This document shows positions 1 to 11,954 of a DNA stretch of 64,000 bases, in pieces. Origin of the DNA: Kofleriaceae bacterium (GTDB lineage: Bacteria; Myxococcota_A; Polyangia; Haliangiales; Haliangiaceae); NCBI GenBank assembly GCA_965215005.1, contig CBDCCZ010000049.1:128001-192000 (forward strand), given 5' to 3'. A program made the position numbers and the translations under genes. The notes under the pieces were generated by a model that was not told where the DNA came from, did not search any database, and worked only from the letters and a program-made list of their open reading frames with translations. The first letter of the stretch is position 1. Every line of letters starts with the position of its first letter.

Positions 1-459
1 GTGATCCTCCCGCGCGCTGCTGGTGACGGATCGTACTTGTCCATCCGCGTCGACGTGCAAGATGACCTCGCCGCCGACGACGCGCAGCCCGTTTTTGGAT
101 TGCGCATAGCGCACGTGCGACATCCCGAGCCGGTCGACTGAGACCTTGGTCGGCGCCAAATCGGCGGCGTCTATGCCGACTGCGGGCGCGATCTTATGCA
201 ACGCGCCTGCTAGCGCGACGTCGGCATCGGCGACCGAATCAACCGCTTCCGTGGCATAGCCGAGCGAGCCGCGCACGAAGTACGGCACCTCACCGGCCGC
301 ATACGCGACGCGTTCGACCGTCGGCAGCGCGGCGAGCGCAGCCTGGAGGTCTCGTTCAGCCGACGCCGTGGCAGTCGTTGGCTCGGAACCGGCGCAGCCG
401 GCGGAAATTAGAGCAGCGGCGCCATAGAGCGCTCCTGCCCATGCGAATCTGGATTGCAT
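1..459 (-). CDS. 5' part of a secreted/lipoprotein M4 (thermolysin) or M36 metallopeptidase precursor with an FTP propeptide; runs off the window edge
   Basis: Not in the ORF track. Hand translation from ATG 459 (GGAGGGAGG upstream): MQSRFAWAGALYGAAALISAGC... (lipobox-like) ...DRLGMSHVRYAQSKNGLRVVGGEVILHVDADGQVRSV, which matches the fungalysin/thermolysin propeptide pattern. Frame open to base 1. Confidence 0.75.
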   Translation of the reverse strand, partial: MQSRFAWAGALYGAAALISAGCAGSEPTTATASAERDLQAALAALPTVERVAYAAGEVPYFVRGSLGYATEAVDSVADADVALAGALHKIAPAVGIDAADLAPTKVSVDRLGMSHVRYAQSKNGLRVVGGEVILHVDADGQVRSVTSSAREDH

Positions 460-732
460 GGTGCGAATGTCCTCCCTCCGCAGAGGCCCGACGCCACTTC
501 ACGAGACGTGCCACCAATCCGTCACATCGACCCGAAGTAGCCACTGCCGCTTTCGCCGCGATCTGCCCGAAATTTACCGGGAAATGCGCTACGTCGACGG
601 CAAATCCGTGAGAACCCGAACACGCAGGTGATAACTCTGCGGCGCAGCAGCCGTTGCGTTTCGCCCCGCTGACGGCCTCGTGCTTCGGAGGCGAAAGGTC
701 TCACACGCAAACCCGCGGCTTGTCGCGGTGCA

Positions 733-2373
733 GTGAGCAGAAACCACCGCATTCCTCCTCGGTGCTGTGACATCATTGACACTGATTTGTCACCGAACTA
801 TGAGAGGCGCCGCTCTCCCGGAGGGCGAGTCGATGAGCGAATCGAGAGCCGCATCGCGGTTCATGACAGCAACCATGTCGAGATCAAGCTCGACTACACC
901 ATCGACTCGAGAGAGCGGAGCAACCGGTATCGCGTCGCGACCTATCTCTTCATCCCCAAGAGCCTCGGCATCAACGCGCACTCCTATCCCAAGGAGCAGC
1001 TCTACTGCGACTTGCAGAGCTACATTCGCCTCAAGACGCCGAGCTCCACGCTCGAGACCATTGCCGATGCCGATGACTTGCTCTCTCCGCTCGGCTCCGT
1101 AGACAGTCTCCTCGGGCAGCTCGAGCTGCGCCCCAAAGACACCCACCTTCGTCACCAGATCGGCCACGAGCTGCGCATGTTCGCCTGCATCGTCCGCGCT
1201 CGGCTGCGCGACCACGTGCGGGCGTTCCGCGGCCAGCTGCGCCAGCTGCAAGGGCATCATCAGCCACAGGTTCGACTCGCCGATCTCACCCACCTGAGCA
1301 CCGCGATGCTGCGCGCGCTCGGCAATGCGGTCCAGGCGTGGCGACAGCGGCGACCGCGCTTCATGAGCCACTCGCTGCCGCGCGAGCTGTGCGAGATCTA
1401 CCGCAGTACCGATGAATATCTCTCTGGCGTGTTGGAAGAGAAGCTCACCTCGCTCATTGACGCCATCGATCGCCATGGCCGCGACAGCGCCGCGCTACTG
1501 TCGGTGCGCGACGCGGCGCGGGCGCGTCTGATGGCCGAGAGCACCTACCAACGCGGAGCGGGCTATGCCGAGCCCACGGGCACGAATGACGAGACGTTTC
1601 TGTTTCGCCGCGGGTTGCTCAAGAAGTTGGTGATGTCGGTGCTGTGGCTCGAGATCGACAAACAGCGCGAGGGTGCCGGCGCGGCCCAGCTGGGCGCCGC
1701 AATCGCCGCCGGCGCAGCGATGTTCGTGGCGCTGGTGGTGACGGTGCTGCATGCCCGCTGGTACATGATCAATACGTGGCCCTTCATCATCGCGGCGACA
1801 GTCACGTACATGCTCAAAGACCGCGTCAAAGACTTTCTCAAGAGCTTCTTTCAGTCGCGCACCAGTCGCTGGCTCGCCGACTACAGCGTGAGCATTCGCG
1901 ATCCCACGACCGACCGCAGCATCGGCCGGTGCCGCGAGTCGGTCGGCTATGTGGCGGTGGAGCAGCTGCCAGCGGAGGTGCTGGCAGCGCGTTTTGCTGA
2001 GGCCAGCTCGCACGTAGAGGCGAGAGCAAAGCCGGAGCTGGTGCTCAAGTACGAGAAGAGCATTCGCGTGAGCGGTCCAGCACTGGTCTCACGCGGACAC
2101 CTGCACGACTATGACGTCAACGACATCGTGCGGCTCTCACTCGCGCAGTTCTTACTGCGGGCCGACGATCCTCGCGCCACGTTGGCGATGTATGACCCCG
2201 AATGCGATCGCATCACGCGCCGCGCCTTCCGCAAGGTGTATCACCTCAACATCGTGATGGTCTTTCGGGCCGGACACGCGCGCTGCACCCCGCTGATCCG
2301 CCACTTCCGCGTGGTGTTCGACAAAAAGGGCATTCGACGGCTGGAAGAGCGAACCCGCGACCAACAATCCTGA
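733..2373 (+). CDS. Hypothetical protein with two adjacent TM helices; true start probably further in (~830)
   Basis: 546-aa ORF with host-like codon usage; hydrophobic hairpin AQLGAAIAAGAAMFVALVVTVL / WPFIIAATVTYML; no recognised catalytic motif. Confidence 0.7.
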   Translation: MSRNHRIPPRCCDIIDTDLSPNYERRRSPGGRVDERIESRIAVHDSNHVEIKLDYTIDSRERSNRYRVATYLFIPKSLGINAHSYPKEQLYCDLQSYIRLKTPSSTLETIADADDLLSPLGSVDSLLGQLELRPKDTHLRHQIGHELRMFACIVRARLRDHVRAFRGQLRQLQGHHQPQVRLADLTHLSTAMLRALGNAVQAWRQRRPRFMSHSLPRELCEIYRSTDEYLSGVLEEKLTSLIDAIDRHGRDSAALLSVRDAARARLMAESTYQRGAGYAEPTGTNDETFLFRRGLLKKLVMSVLWLEIDKQREGAGAAQLGAAIAAGAAMFVALVVTVLHARWYMINTWPFIIAATVTYMLKDRVKDFLKSFFQSRTSRWLADYSVSIRDPTTDRSIGRCRESVGYVAVEQLPAEVLAARFAEASSHVEARAKPELVLKYEKSIRVSGPALVSRGHLHDYDVNDIVRLSLAQFLLRADDPRATLAMYDPECDRITRRAFRKVYHLNIVMVFRAGHARCTPLIRHFRVVFDKKGIRRLEERTRDQQS

Positions 2374-2455
2374 AGCAGCGGAAAGCGGCGGCCACCCTTG
2401 ACGCACGCCTCGCTGCCGGCACGATGGAGGCTTCCGATCCAGAGGAGCTTTGCAG

Positions 2456-3700
2456 ATGCCCAACGCCGCCGAGCCTCGTGTCACCTCGTTTCCCAAGTCA
2501 CGAATCAAGATCCTGCTACTCGAAGGAATCCACCGCGGCGCACGCGATGCATTCGCCGAGGACGGCTTCGACGTCGAGCTCTGCGCAGGGGCATTGAGCG
2601 AAGACGAGCTCGTTCGGCGGATTGCGGACGTGCATGTACTCGGCATTCGCTCCAAGACCCATCTCACCGCGCGAGTGATCGATGCCGGGCGGCGACTGCT
2701 TTCGCTGGGCTGCTTCTGCATTGGGACCAATCAAGTCGACCTCGCTCATGCCAATGCGCGCGGTCTGCCGGTATTCAATGCGCCGTTCAGCAACACCCGG
2801 AGCGTGGCCGAGATGATGCTTGCAGAGATCATCATGCTCGCTCGCAAGCTCGGCGATCGAAATAGCGAGATCCACGCCGGCATGTGGCGAAAAGAGGCCA
2901 CCGGTTGTCACGAGATACGCGGGAAAGTTCTCGGCATCGTCGGCTATGGCCATATTGGCAGGCAGATGGGGGTTCTGGCCGAGGCGGTGGGCTTGCGGGT
3001 GCTGTTCTTCGACACCGCCAACCAACTGCCAATGGGCAACAATCAGCCCGTCGGCTCGCTCGACGAGCTGCTCGCTGCCGCCGACTTCGTCACGCTCCAC
3101 GTCCCCGCCACCCCGCAGACGCACCACATGATTGGCGCGAGCGAGCTGCGCAGAATGCGACCCGGCAGCTATCTCCTCAACGCCAGCCGCGGCACGGTCG
3201 TGGAGCTCGAGGCACTCGCGGAGGCGTTGCGGGCAAAGCAGCTGGCAGGCGCCGCCATCGATGTGTATCCAGAGGAGCCGCAGAGCAACGGTGCTGGCTT
3301 CGAGTCGCCGTTGCGCGGACTTCCCAACGTGGTCCTCACGCCGCACATCGGCGGCTCCACCGAAGAAGCCCAGGCGATGATCGGACGCGAGGTCGCGAGC
3401 GCGCTCATCAAGTTCATCAACGTCGGGTCGACCGCGGGTTCGGTGAACTTTCCGCAAGTGGAGCTACCGCCCAACCGCGGCACCCATCGGCTCCTCAACG
3501 TTCACAAGAACGTGCCGGGCGTCCTTCGCGATATCAACCGCATCGCTTCCGACTTACAAGCCAACATTCACAGTCAAGTGCTCGCAACTGACAGCAACAT
3601 TGGCTACCTCATCATGGACCTAGAGCAAGACGTCTCCCACGCGATCAAGACCGCTGTACGCGCGCTCGACACCAGCATCCGCACCCGCATCCTCTATTGA
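2456..3700 (+). CDS. serA: D-3-phosphoglycerate dehydrogenase with C-terminal ACT domain
   Basis: IGTNQVDL, FNAPFSNTRSVAE, GIVGYGHIG, TPHIGGSTEEAQ, ACT HKNVPGVL; GAGGAG upstream of ATG 2456. Confidence 0.97.
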   Translation: MPNAAEPRVTSFPKSRIKILLLEGIHRGARDAFAEDGFDVELCAGALSEDELVRRIADVHVLGIRSKTHLTARVIDAGRRLLSLGCFCIGTNQVDLAHANARGLPVFNAPFSNTRSVAEMMLAEIIMLARKLGDRNSEIHAGMWRKEATGCHEIRGKVLGIVGYGHIGRQMGVLAEAVGLRVLFFDTANQLPMGNNQPVGSLDELLAAADFVTLHVPATPQTHHMIGASELRRMRPGSYLLNASRGTVVELEALAEALRAKQLAGAAIDVYPEEPQSNGAGFESPLRGLPNVVLTPHIGGSTEEAQAMIGREVASALIKFINVGSTAGSVNFPQVELPPNRGTHRLLNVHKNVPGVLRDINRIASDLQANIHSQVLATDSNIGYLIMDLEQDVSHAIKTAVRALDTSIRTRILY

Positions 3701-3727
3701 GGAGACGCAACCAGGACGAGCGCCGCG

Positions 3728-4729
3728 CTACGCGTCTGCGCCGGGACGCCAGGAGTAAGCGGGTTTGGTATCGAAGCGATGGGTGGCGCGTACGAAGCGC
3801 ACGGTGCCGGATTGCGAGCGCATCACCACCGACTCGGTGCTCGCTCCGCCGCCGAAGAACCGCACGCCCTCGAGCAGCGCGCCCTGGGTGACGCCAGTTG
3901 CCGCGAACATCACGTGTCCAGCGGCCAGCTCATCAATGCAGTAGATGTGCGCCTCTTCCTTGCAACCCATGCGCGCGGCGCGCTCGCGCTCACTGTCGTT
4001 GCGAAATCGCAACCGGCCCTGGAAGTCGCCCAACATACAGCGCAGCGCCGCCGCGCTGATCACTCCTTCGGGCGCGCCGCCGGTGCCAAACAACGCGTCG
4101 ATGCCGGTTTCGGGACGGGCCGCTGAAATCGACGCCGAGACGTCGCCATCGGTGATGAGGGCAATCCGGGCGCCTGCGGCGCGAACTTCGCCTACGAGCT
4201 CTTGGTGGCGTGGCCGATCCATGATCACGACGGTGCAGTCCTGCACGTCTTTGTTCTTGGCCTTGGCAATGCGCTCGAGGTTCCACGTCCAGCTCTCGCG
4301 CAAGTCGATAACCCCGCGGCACTCAGGGCCCACGGCGATCTTATCCATGTACGTATCAGGCGCATTTAGGAAATGGCCATCGGCCGCCATGGCCACCACC
4401 GCCAATGCCCCTGGAACGCCAAAGGCGCACAGATTCGTCCCCTCCAGCGGGTCGACCGCGATGTCGATGAGCGGCGATGGCGCCTCGTCGCCGTCTCCCC
4501 AGCCCTTGCCAACGCGCTCGCCGATGTAGAGCATCGGCGCCTCGTCGCGTTCGCCCTCGCCGATCGTCACCGTGCCGCGGATGTCGATCATGTCGAAGGC
4601 GCGGCGCATGGCCTCCACCGCGACGCGATCCGCCGTCTCGCGGTCTCCGCGCCCCATCAGCCGCGCCGAGGCCAGCGCTGCGGCTTCCGTGACTCGCACC
4701 ACTTCGAGCGCCAAGTTGCGATCGTGCAT
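3728..4729 (-). CDS. glpX: Class II fructose-1,6-bisphosphatase
   Basis: RVTEAAALA, IGEGERDEAPML, DIAVDPLEGT, DGDV, GGAPEGV, FAATGVT; start taken at MHDRNL. Confidence 0.96.
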   Translation of the reverse strand: MHDRNLALEVVRVTEAAALASARLMGRGDRETADRVAVEAMRRAFDMIDIRGTVTIGEGERDEAPMLYIGERVGKGWGDGDEAPSPLIDIAVDPLEGTNLCAFGVPGALAVVAMAADGHFLNAPDTYMDKIAVGPECRGVIDLRESWTWNLERIAKAKNKDVQDCTVVIMDRPRHQELVGEVRAAGARIALITDGDVSASISAARPETGIDALFGTGGAPEGVISAAALRCMLGDFQGRLRFRNDSERERAARMGCKEEAHIYCIDELAAGHVMFAATGVTQGALLEGVRFFGGGASTESVVMRSQSGTVRFVRATHRFDTKPAYSWRPGADA

Positions 4730-4790
4730 GGGCGTGTTACAGCACGCCCCGCCAACGCACACAAGCGATGGATGGTCGACCGATCGAAAG

Positions 4791-5204
4791 CTACGTCGCG
4801 CTGCCCTCGATGATCGCTCGCAGCGGCGCCGGCACGCGCATGGGACGGCCATTTAGATCGACAGCGGCGTGCCGCGTGAAGCCTTCGGCCAGGCGCTGCT
4901 CGCCGCGCCACACGATATATTCGAAGGTCATCGAGGCGCCGCCGAGCTGGGTGACTGCGACTTCGATGTCGAGAAGATCTTCATACTGCGCGGACCGGCG
5001 GTAGCGAACGTGAGCCTCTACGACCGGCAGCGCGACACCCCACGCGTCGAGATCGTGATGATCGTGACCGAGGCTGCGCAATAGCTCGGCTCGCGCGCCT
5101 TCAAAGAACCGCAGGTAGTTGCCGTAGTAAACGACGCCCATTTGATCGGTGTCGCCGAAGATCACGCGAACCTGCCAGCGCGTGCGAGCGTGGTCGTAGC
5201 TCAT
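4791..5204 (-). CDS. YbgC/FadM-family acyl-CoA thioesterase (hotdog fold)
   Basis: RVIFGDTDQMGVVYYGNYLRFFEGAR; ATGA overlap with the hom stop. Confidence 0.9.
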   Translation of the reverse strand: MSYDHARTRWQVRVIFGDTDQMGVVYYGNYLRFFEGARAELLRSLGHDHHDLDAWGVALPVVEAHVRYRRSAQYEDLLDIEVAVTQLGGASMTFEYIVWRGEQRLAEGFTRHAAVDLNGRPMRVPAPLRAIIEGSAT

Positions 5205-6499
5205 TGTGCGATTCGTATGAGAGCGGCCGGCTCGACCACGACTGTGAGTTTGGCAATCGACTCGAGGGCACGGCGAACGTTGCCTTCCCGCGCTTCGTGC
5301 GTCACCACCACCACGCGCACCGGACGCTCGGGATCGCGCGGCCCCTCTTGCACCACCTGAGTGAGCGAGATGTCATGCTCCCCGAGAATGGTGGTGATCT
5401 GGCCGAGCACGCCTGGACGATCGAGGACCGAGAAGCGCATGTAATAGCGGCTGCGAAGCTCGTCGATCGAGCGCACCGGGCGGTGGACGAGTTGCTTATA
5501 GCTGCGCACCGGTAAGGCACCGGCTGCTTGCGCCTGGATATTGCGCGCGACCTCGATAACATCGGAGACCGCGGCCATGGCGGTGGGCATCATGCCGGCG
5601 CCGGCACCGTAATACATCGAGCCGCCTAACGCATACGAGTTGACGTAGAGCGCGTTCTTAGCGCCGGGAACATCGGCGAGAATCCAATCATCCGGGATCA
5701 TGGTGGGATGCACGCGCGCTTCGATGGTCGCGCCGTGCTCGCGGGCAATCGCCAGCGGCTTGATGACGAATCCGAAGCGGCGGGCATATTCGAAGTCGCA
5801 CGGATCGAGCCTGTCGATGCCTTCGACGTAGATATCCGCGAGCCGAATACCGGTGCCAAAGCACAACATGACCAGGATGGCGAGCTTGTGCGCCGCATCG
5901 ATTCCGCCGACGTCGAAGCTGGGATCGGCCTCGGCGTAGCCGAGCTCCTGCGCTTCGCGAAGTATCTCGCTAAACGGCCGACCGGCGGCGGCCATGGTGG
6001 TGAGGATGTAGTTGGAGGTGCCGTTGACGATGCCAAAGATGTGTTCGATGCGGTCCGAGGCCAGGCCTTCGCGCAGCATGCGGATGATGGGCACGCCGCC
6101 GCACACCGCGGCCTCATAGTAGAGATCGACGCCGTGGCTCTCGGCGATGGTGAACACCTCTTCACCGTGCTCGGCCAACAGCGCTTTGTTGGCGCACACG
6201 ACGTGCTTACCGCGTTCGATTGCGTGCAGCACCGCGTCCTTGGCTCCTGTCGTGCCTCCCATGAGCTCACAGACGATCTCGACATCATCACGCTCGATGA
6301 CGGCGTTGACGTCGGTCGTTAGGAGCGCCGAATCGACCTCGACCCGCCGCGCCTTCTCGAGCTCGCGCACCGCAATCGCCCGCACCACGACCGTTGCCCC
6401 CAGCCGTGCTTCAATGGCCTCTGCGTTGTCAGCCAGGAGCTTGACCACTCCAGCGCCGACATTGCCGAGACCTAGGAGACCGACGCCGATTTCCCGCAT
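5201..6499 (-). CDS. hom: Homoserine dehydrogenase with ACT domain
   Basis: GLGNVG, ANKALLA, YEAAVCGGVPII, GIVNGTSNYIL, GYAEADP, DRPGVL. Confidence 0.96.
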   Translation of the reverse strand: MREIGVGLLGLGNVGAGVVKLLADNAEAIEARLGATVVVRAIAVRELEKARRVEVDSALLTTDVNAVIERDDVEIVCELMGGTTGAKDAVLHAIERGKHVVCANKALLAEHGEEVFTIAESHGVDLYYEAAVCGGVPIIRMLREGLASDRIEHIFGIVNGTSNYILTTMAAAGRPFSEILREAQELGYAEADPSFDVGGIDAAHKLAILVMLCFGTGIRLADIYVEGIDRLDPCDFEYARRFGFVIKPLAIAREHGATIEARVHPTMIPDDWILADVPGAKNALYVNSYALGGSMYYGAGAGMMPTAMAAVSDVIEVARNIQAQAAGALPVRSYKQLVHRPVRSIDELRSRYYMRFSVLDRPGVLGQITTILGEHDISLTQVVQEGPRDPERPVRVVVVTHEAREGNVRRALESIAKLTVVVEPAALIRIAQ

Positions 6500-6611
6500 A
6501 CAGCGGCCGACGCTACCACAGCGAGAGCCCGCGCCACGCTCTCAGCCCGCGCCATGACCTCCGCCGAGATTGCGGTGACGCCCCATTTCGCGCCTTGAGG
6601 AATCGAGCTAG

Positions 6612-7907
<1,296 letters not shown>

Positions 7908-8061
7908 TCGAAAAGCGTCCGCTGCGCTTACGTTGCAGCACCTGCCCTCTCTTCCTGCCGACCTCTCCACCGCTGTGCTCCATCGCCGGGCCGGCTCATT
8001 TGCGTACCGGTTTGGTGTCGCTGCCCAGGCTCGGTATTATGATGAGTCGGGGGAGGCGCAT

Positions 8062-11000
8062 TTGAGTAGCAGCGGACACGCGCTGAAGAACACGCTCAGC
8101 GACCAGTTTGGTGATCGCTTCGAGATCATCGACGTGCTTGGACGCGGCGGCGTGGGCGTGGTCTATCGCGCCGTCGATCGCGTGCGCCGCACCGAGGTGG
8201 CGCTCAAGACGCTGCATCGACTCACGGGTAGCTCGCTGTATCGCTTCAAGCGCGAGTTTCGCTCGCTCGCAGATATCGATCATCCCAACCTCGTCACGCT
8301 CTATGAGCTGCTTTCGACTGGCGCCACCTGGTTCTTCACCATGGAGCTGGTGCGCGGTGCCGACTTTTTGCAGGCGGTGCGCCCGCATGTAACCCATGCC
8401 GGACCGGCGACGATGACGCCTTCCGCAGGTGCCGGCGACGGCGACGGCGACGTCACGGTCACTGGAACCGGCGAGGTCGGCAGCGGCGATGTTCCCTACA
8501 CGGAGCTCACAGCGGAGATCGCGGGCGCCACCGGCGACGCGGCCGCCACCAGCAGCTACCGCGACGCCATCATCGCGGGGCGGATCGATATCGGCAGACT
8601 GCGCCGTAGCCTCGAGCAGCTGGCGACGGGCGTGCGAGCGCTGCACGCCTCCGGCAAGCTGCACCTCGATCTGAAGCCTTCGAACGTTTTGGTCGAAAAC
8701 AACGGCCGCATCGTCGTCTGCGACTTTGGCTTGGTCCGCGATCGCGGCGAGGACACGAAGAGCTCGCGCCGCGGCGCCGGGACCCCGGCGTATATGTCTC
8801 CCGAGCAAGCCGCCGGCCTGCCGCTGGGACCAGCCAGTGACTGGTACAGCATCGGCGTGATGATTTACGAGTCTCTCACCGGCCACCTGCCATTCGAAGG
8901 CACCGCTGAGCAGATGATGCACACCAAGCAGCTTACCGACCCGCTGCCTCCGCGCCATTGGCTCCCCGAGCTCGACGAAGCGTGGAATCAGCTCTGTGTG
9001 TCGCTGCTCCGCCGCGACCCGCTCGAGCGCGGCAGCGTCGCAACCGCGCTCAGCGAGTCAACGACGATGCGCCGACGACGCGCGATTTCCGACGTGCCAG
9101 CCGGAATTTCATTTGTGGGTCGCCGCGCCGAGCTCGACGCGCTGCGCGCTGCGTTCGACGCCGCCAGCGCCGGCCGCACACTCGGTGCGCTGGTCCGAGG
9201 GCGCTCGGGAATCGGCAAGACCGCGCTCGTTGAGCACTTCCTCGCTGACCTTCAGCGCGGCGGCGAAGCGCTCATCCTACGTGCGCGTTGCTATCAGCGC
9301 GAGACGGTCCCTTACAAGGCCCTGGACGCACTCGTGGACGCAGTTGTCGACGAGCTCACGCGCCGCCCTGCCGAGGAGCTCGACGCGCTGTTGCCGACCG
9401 AGCTCGGCTCCCTCGGACGATTGTTTCCGGTGGTCGAGCGCATCGCCGGCGCCGGGCGACCGGCCCCACGCGATCATCAAGAGCTCCGCGCCCGCGGCTT
9501 CGCCGCCTTGCGCGACCTGTTCGCCGCGCTCGGACGCGAGCGGCCACTGGTATTGTTCATCGATGATCTGCAGTGGGGCGATATCGATAGCGCTCCGCTC
9601 TTCGCCGAGCTGCTCGCCGCACCCAGCGACGCCGCCATCTTGGTGCTCGCCACCTTCCGCGATGAGAGCTTTCACGACAGCGCGCTGTTGCAGACGCTGG
9701 CGCAGATGGCCAAGCGCACTGCTGCCGGCACCGTTCGAACCGTGCGCATTGGTCCACTCGAGCCAAACGACGCGCGGCTCCTCGCCGAGGGCATGCTGTC
9801 GACTACCGACCCTGCCCTCACCGAGTCGCTCATCCGCGACGCCGATGGCCATCCGTTCTTGCTCGCCGAGCTCGCCCGCGACTGGGACGGCGGCATCGCC
9901 AGCGGCATCGACGAGGTCATCAACCGCCGCGTGCGCGCGCTGCCGGCGGACACCCAGGCGCTGCTCACCACCGCCGCCATCGCCGGCCGCCCGGTGCCGG
10001 TGGCGGTGCTCGCCCGCGCGGCCGGGGTCAAGGATGAAGCGGCGGCGCTCGCCTCGCTCCTCACCCGACGCTTGATTCGCACCCACGCCGGTCACGACGG
10101 CGTCGAGCTGCTCGAGCCGTTTCACGATCGAATCCGCGAAACCGTGACCGCTCAGCTCGACGAAGAGCAGACGCGACGAGCCCACCGACGCCTGGCTCGC
10201 ACGCTCGAGAGCGTGCTCACGCGCGATGTTCACTCGCTCGTCGAGCATTGGATGGGTGCCGGCATGCCGCAGCGAGCCGGCGAATACGCGGTGCTCGCGG
10301 CGCGGCAAGCCAGCGACGCGGCCGCGTTCGATCGCGCGGCTCATCAGTACCGCCTCGCGCTCGAGCTGCTCGCGCCGAAAGGGGAGCAACGACGGCAGCT
10401 GCAGACGGGGTTGGCCGACATGCTGGCGTGCTCGGGAAACCTCACGGAAGCGGCCGCCATGTATGAAGCGGCAGCCATCGACGCGCCGCCGGATGCGACG
10501 CTCGAGCTGCGCCGCCGCGCGATGGAGCAGATCATCCGCGCCGGTCGCCTCGACGAAGGCATCGTTATGGGTCGGTCGCTGCTCGCCGCCGTCGGCATGC
10601 GGATGCCGGCAAGCGATCGTCGCGCGCTCCTCTCCATCATCGGCTCACGACTCTGGTTAGCGGTTCGCGGCCGCCGCTTCAAAGCCGATTCCGAGCGTCT
10701 CCTGGCGCCGAGCGAGCGCTGGCGCATGGACGTGTGTTGGTCGGTTGCCTCGAGCATGAACATCGTCAATCCGCTAATCGCTTCGGCGCTGCAGCAGCGC
10801 TTCGTCCGTGCTGCACTCAATAGCGGCGATGCGGTTCGCGCGGCGCTCGCGGTGAGCGCGGAGATCGGGCTCAGCTCGACGCCGGGACCGGCGGCGCGAG
10901 CGAGCATCGAGGTTTTGCTCCAACAAGCAAAGGAGCTGGTCGAGCGAAGCGGCGATGTCTATGCGCGCGGCATCTTTGGCCTCAGCTGCGCGATTTCGGC

Positions 11001-11862
11001 GTTTCTGCTCGCCGATTGGCAGCATTGCGCCGATTGTGCGGCGGCAGCGCAAGAGCACCTGGCGAGCCACTGCGCCGGCGCGCGCTATGAAATCGATCAG
11101 GTGTGCAACTGGCGGTTGGCGGCGCTGGTAATGCGCGGCCAGCTCGGCACGCTCGTCCGCGAGGTCCCCGTGCTGCTCGAGCAAGCCGTCGAGCGCGGCG
11201 ACGAATATCTGGCTAACGCGTTGCGCTCTTGGCGCACCAATCTCATCTGGCTCGCCCTCGATGACCCCGCGCGTGCACGCAGTGAAGCCAGTGGGGTAAT
11301 CGCAGCGGCACCGGCAACCCAGAGCTTTCACATTTATCACTACTACTGGCTGCACACACTTACGCAGATCGACCTCTACGAAGGCAAGACTGCGGCAGCG
11401 CTCGAGCGCATCCATCAGGCGTGGCCGCGGTTTACGCGCTCGGTCGGGATGCGGGTTCACACGGTGCGTGTCGAGGCTTGGTTTCTGCGCGCGCGCGCAG
11501 CGACCGCGTGTGCATCTGAGTGCACCGGAGTGGATCGCGAGGCGCTGCTGACGGAGATCGATGCCGCCGCCAAGGCGCTTATTGGCGAGAAGCAGCCCTG
11601 GGCGCTGGCACTCGCGGCGCTGGTGCGATCAGGAGCTGCGACCTTGCGCGGGCAGCGGGATGCGGCCATCGCAGAAGCAGAAGCGGCCGTCAGCGGACTC
11701 GATGCGGCAGCGATGGAGCTGCACGCAGCGGTTGCGCGCGCGCGGCTCGGCACGCTGCGCGCCGCGGCGCCGCTGGTACAAGAGGCGCAGAGCTGGATGC
11801 GCGGACAACGCATCGTCGCGCCCGAGCGGTTGGTGGCTCTGTATGCGCCGCACGCTCCGTGA
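8062..11862 (+). CDS. Ser/Thr kinase - AAA_16/STAND-like P-loop ATPase - TPR-like helical repeat protein
   Basis: LGRGGVG, VALK, HLDLKPSN, DFG, GTPAYMSPE; Walker A GRSGIGKT, Walker B LFIDDLQWGD, GHPFLL; helical C-terminus. TTG 8062 follows GGGAGG; the ORF-track start overlaps eno. Confidence 0.9.
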   Translation: MSSSGHALKNTLSDQFGDRFEIIDVLGRGGVGVVYRAVDRVRRTEVALKTLHRLTGSSLYRFKREFRSLADIDHPNLVTLYELLSTGATWFFTMELVRGADFLQAVRPHVTHAGPATMTPSAGAGDGDGDVTVTGTGEVGSGDVPYTELTAEIAGATGDAAATSSYRDAIIAGRIDIGRLRRSLEQLATGVRALHASGKLHLDLKPSNVLVENNGRIVVCDFGLVRDRGEDTKSSRRGAGTPAYMSPEQAAGLPLGPASDWYSIGVMIYESLTGHLPFEGTAEQMMHTKQLTDPLPPRHWLPELDEAWNQLCVSLLRRDPLERGSVATALSESTTMRRRRAISDVPAGISFVGRRAELDALRAAFDAASAGRTLGALVRGRSGIGKTALVEHFLADLQRGGEALILRARCYQRETVPYKALDALVDAVVDELTRRPAEELDALLPTELGSLGRLFPVVERIAGAGRPAPRDHQELRARGFAALRDLFAALGRERPLVLFIDDLQWGDIDSAPLFAELLAAPSDAAILVLATFRDESFHDSALLQTLAQMAKRTAAGTVRTVRIGPLEPNDARLLAEGMLSTTDPALTESLIRDADGHPFLLAELARDWDGGIASGIDEVINRRVRALPADTQALLTTAAIAGRPVPVAVLARAAGVKDEAAALASLLTRRLIRTHAGHDGVELLEPFHDRIRETVTAQLDEEQTRRAHRRLARTLESVLTRDVHSLVEHWMGAGMPQRAGEYAVLAARQASDAAAFDRAAHQYRLALELLAPKGEQRRQLQTGLADMLACSGNLTEAAAMYEAAAIDAPPDATLELRRRAMEQIIRAGRLDEGIVMGRSLLAAVGMRMPASDRRALLSIIGSRLWLAVRGRRFKADSERLLAPSERWRMDVCWSVASSMNIVNPLIASALQQRFVRAALNSGDAVRAALAVSAEIGLSSTPGPAARASIEVLLQQAKELVERSGDVYARGIFGLSCAISAFLLADWQHCADCAAAAQEHLASHCAGARYEIDQVCNWRLAALVMRGQLGTLVREVPVLLEQAVERGDEYLANALRSWRTNLIWLALDDPARARSEASGVIAAAPATQSFHIYHYYWLHTLTQIDLYEGKTAAALERIHQAWPRFTRSVGMRVHTVRVEAWFLRARAATACASECTGVDREALLTEIDAAAKALIGEKQPWALALAALVRSGAATLRGQRDAAIAEAEAAVSGLDAAAMELHAAVARARLGTLRAAAPLVQEAQSWMRGQRIVAPERLVALYAPHAP

Positions 11863-11954
11863 GCGCTCACCCAGCACGCCGCTGTTGCGCTCGGCCCTGC
11901 GCGCCCCCCTCCCACGAAGACCGGAGTCGAGCAATCGAGGTAAAGTGAAGGCAG

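Noticed and set aside
496..513. TGGCACG on the minus strand upstream of the peptidase as a sigma54 promoter
   Set aside because: The -12 position reads GA rather than GC.
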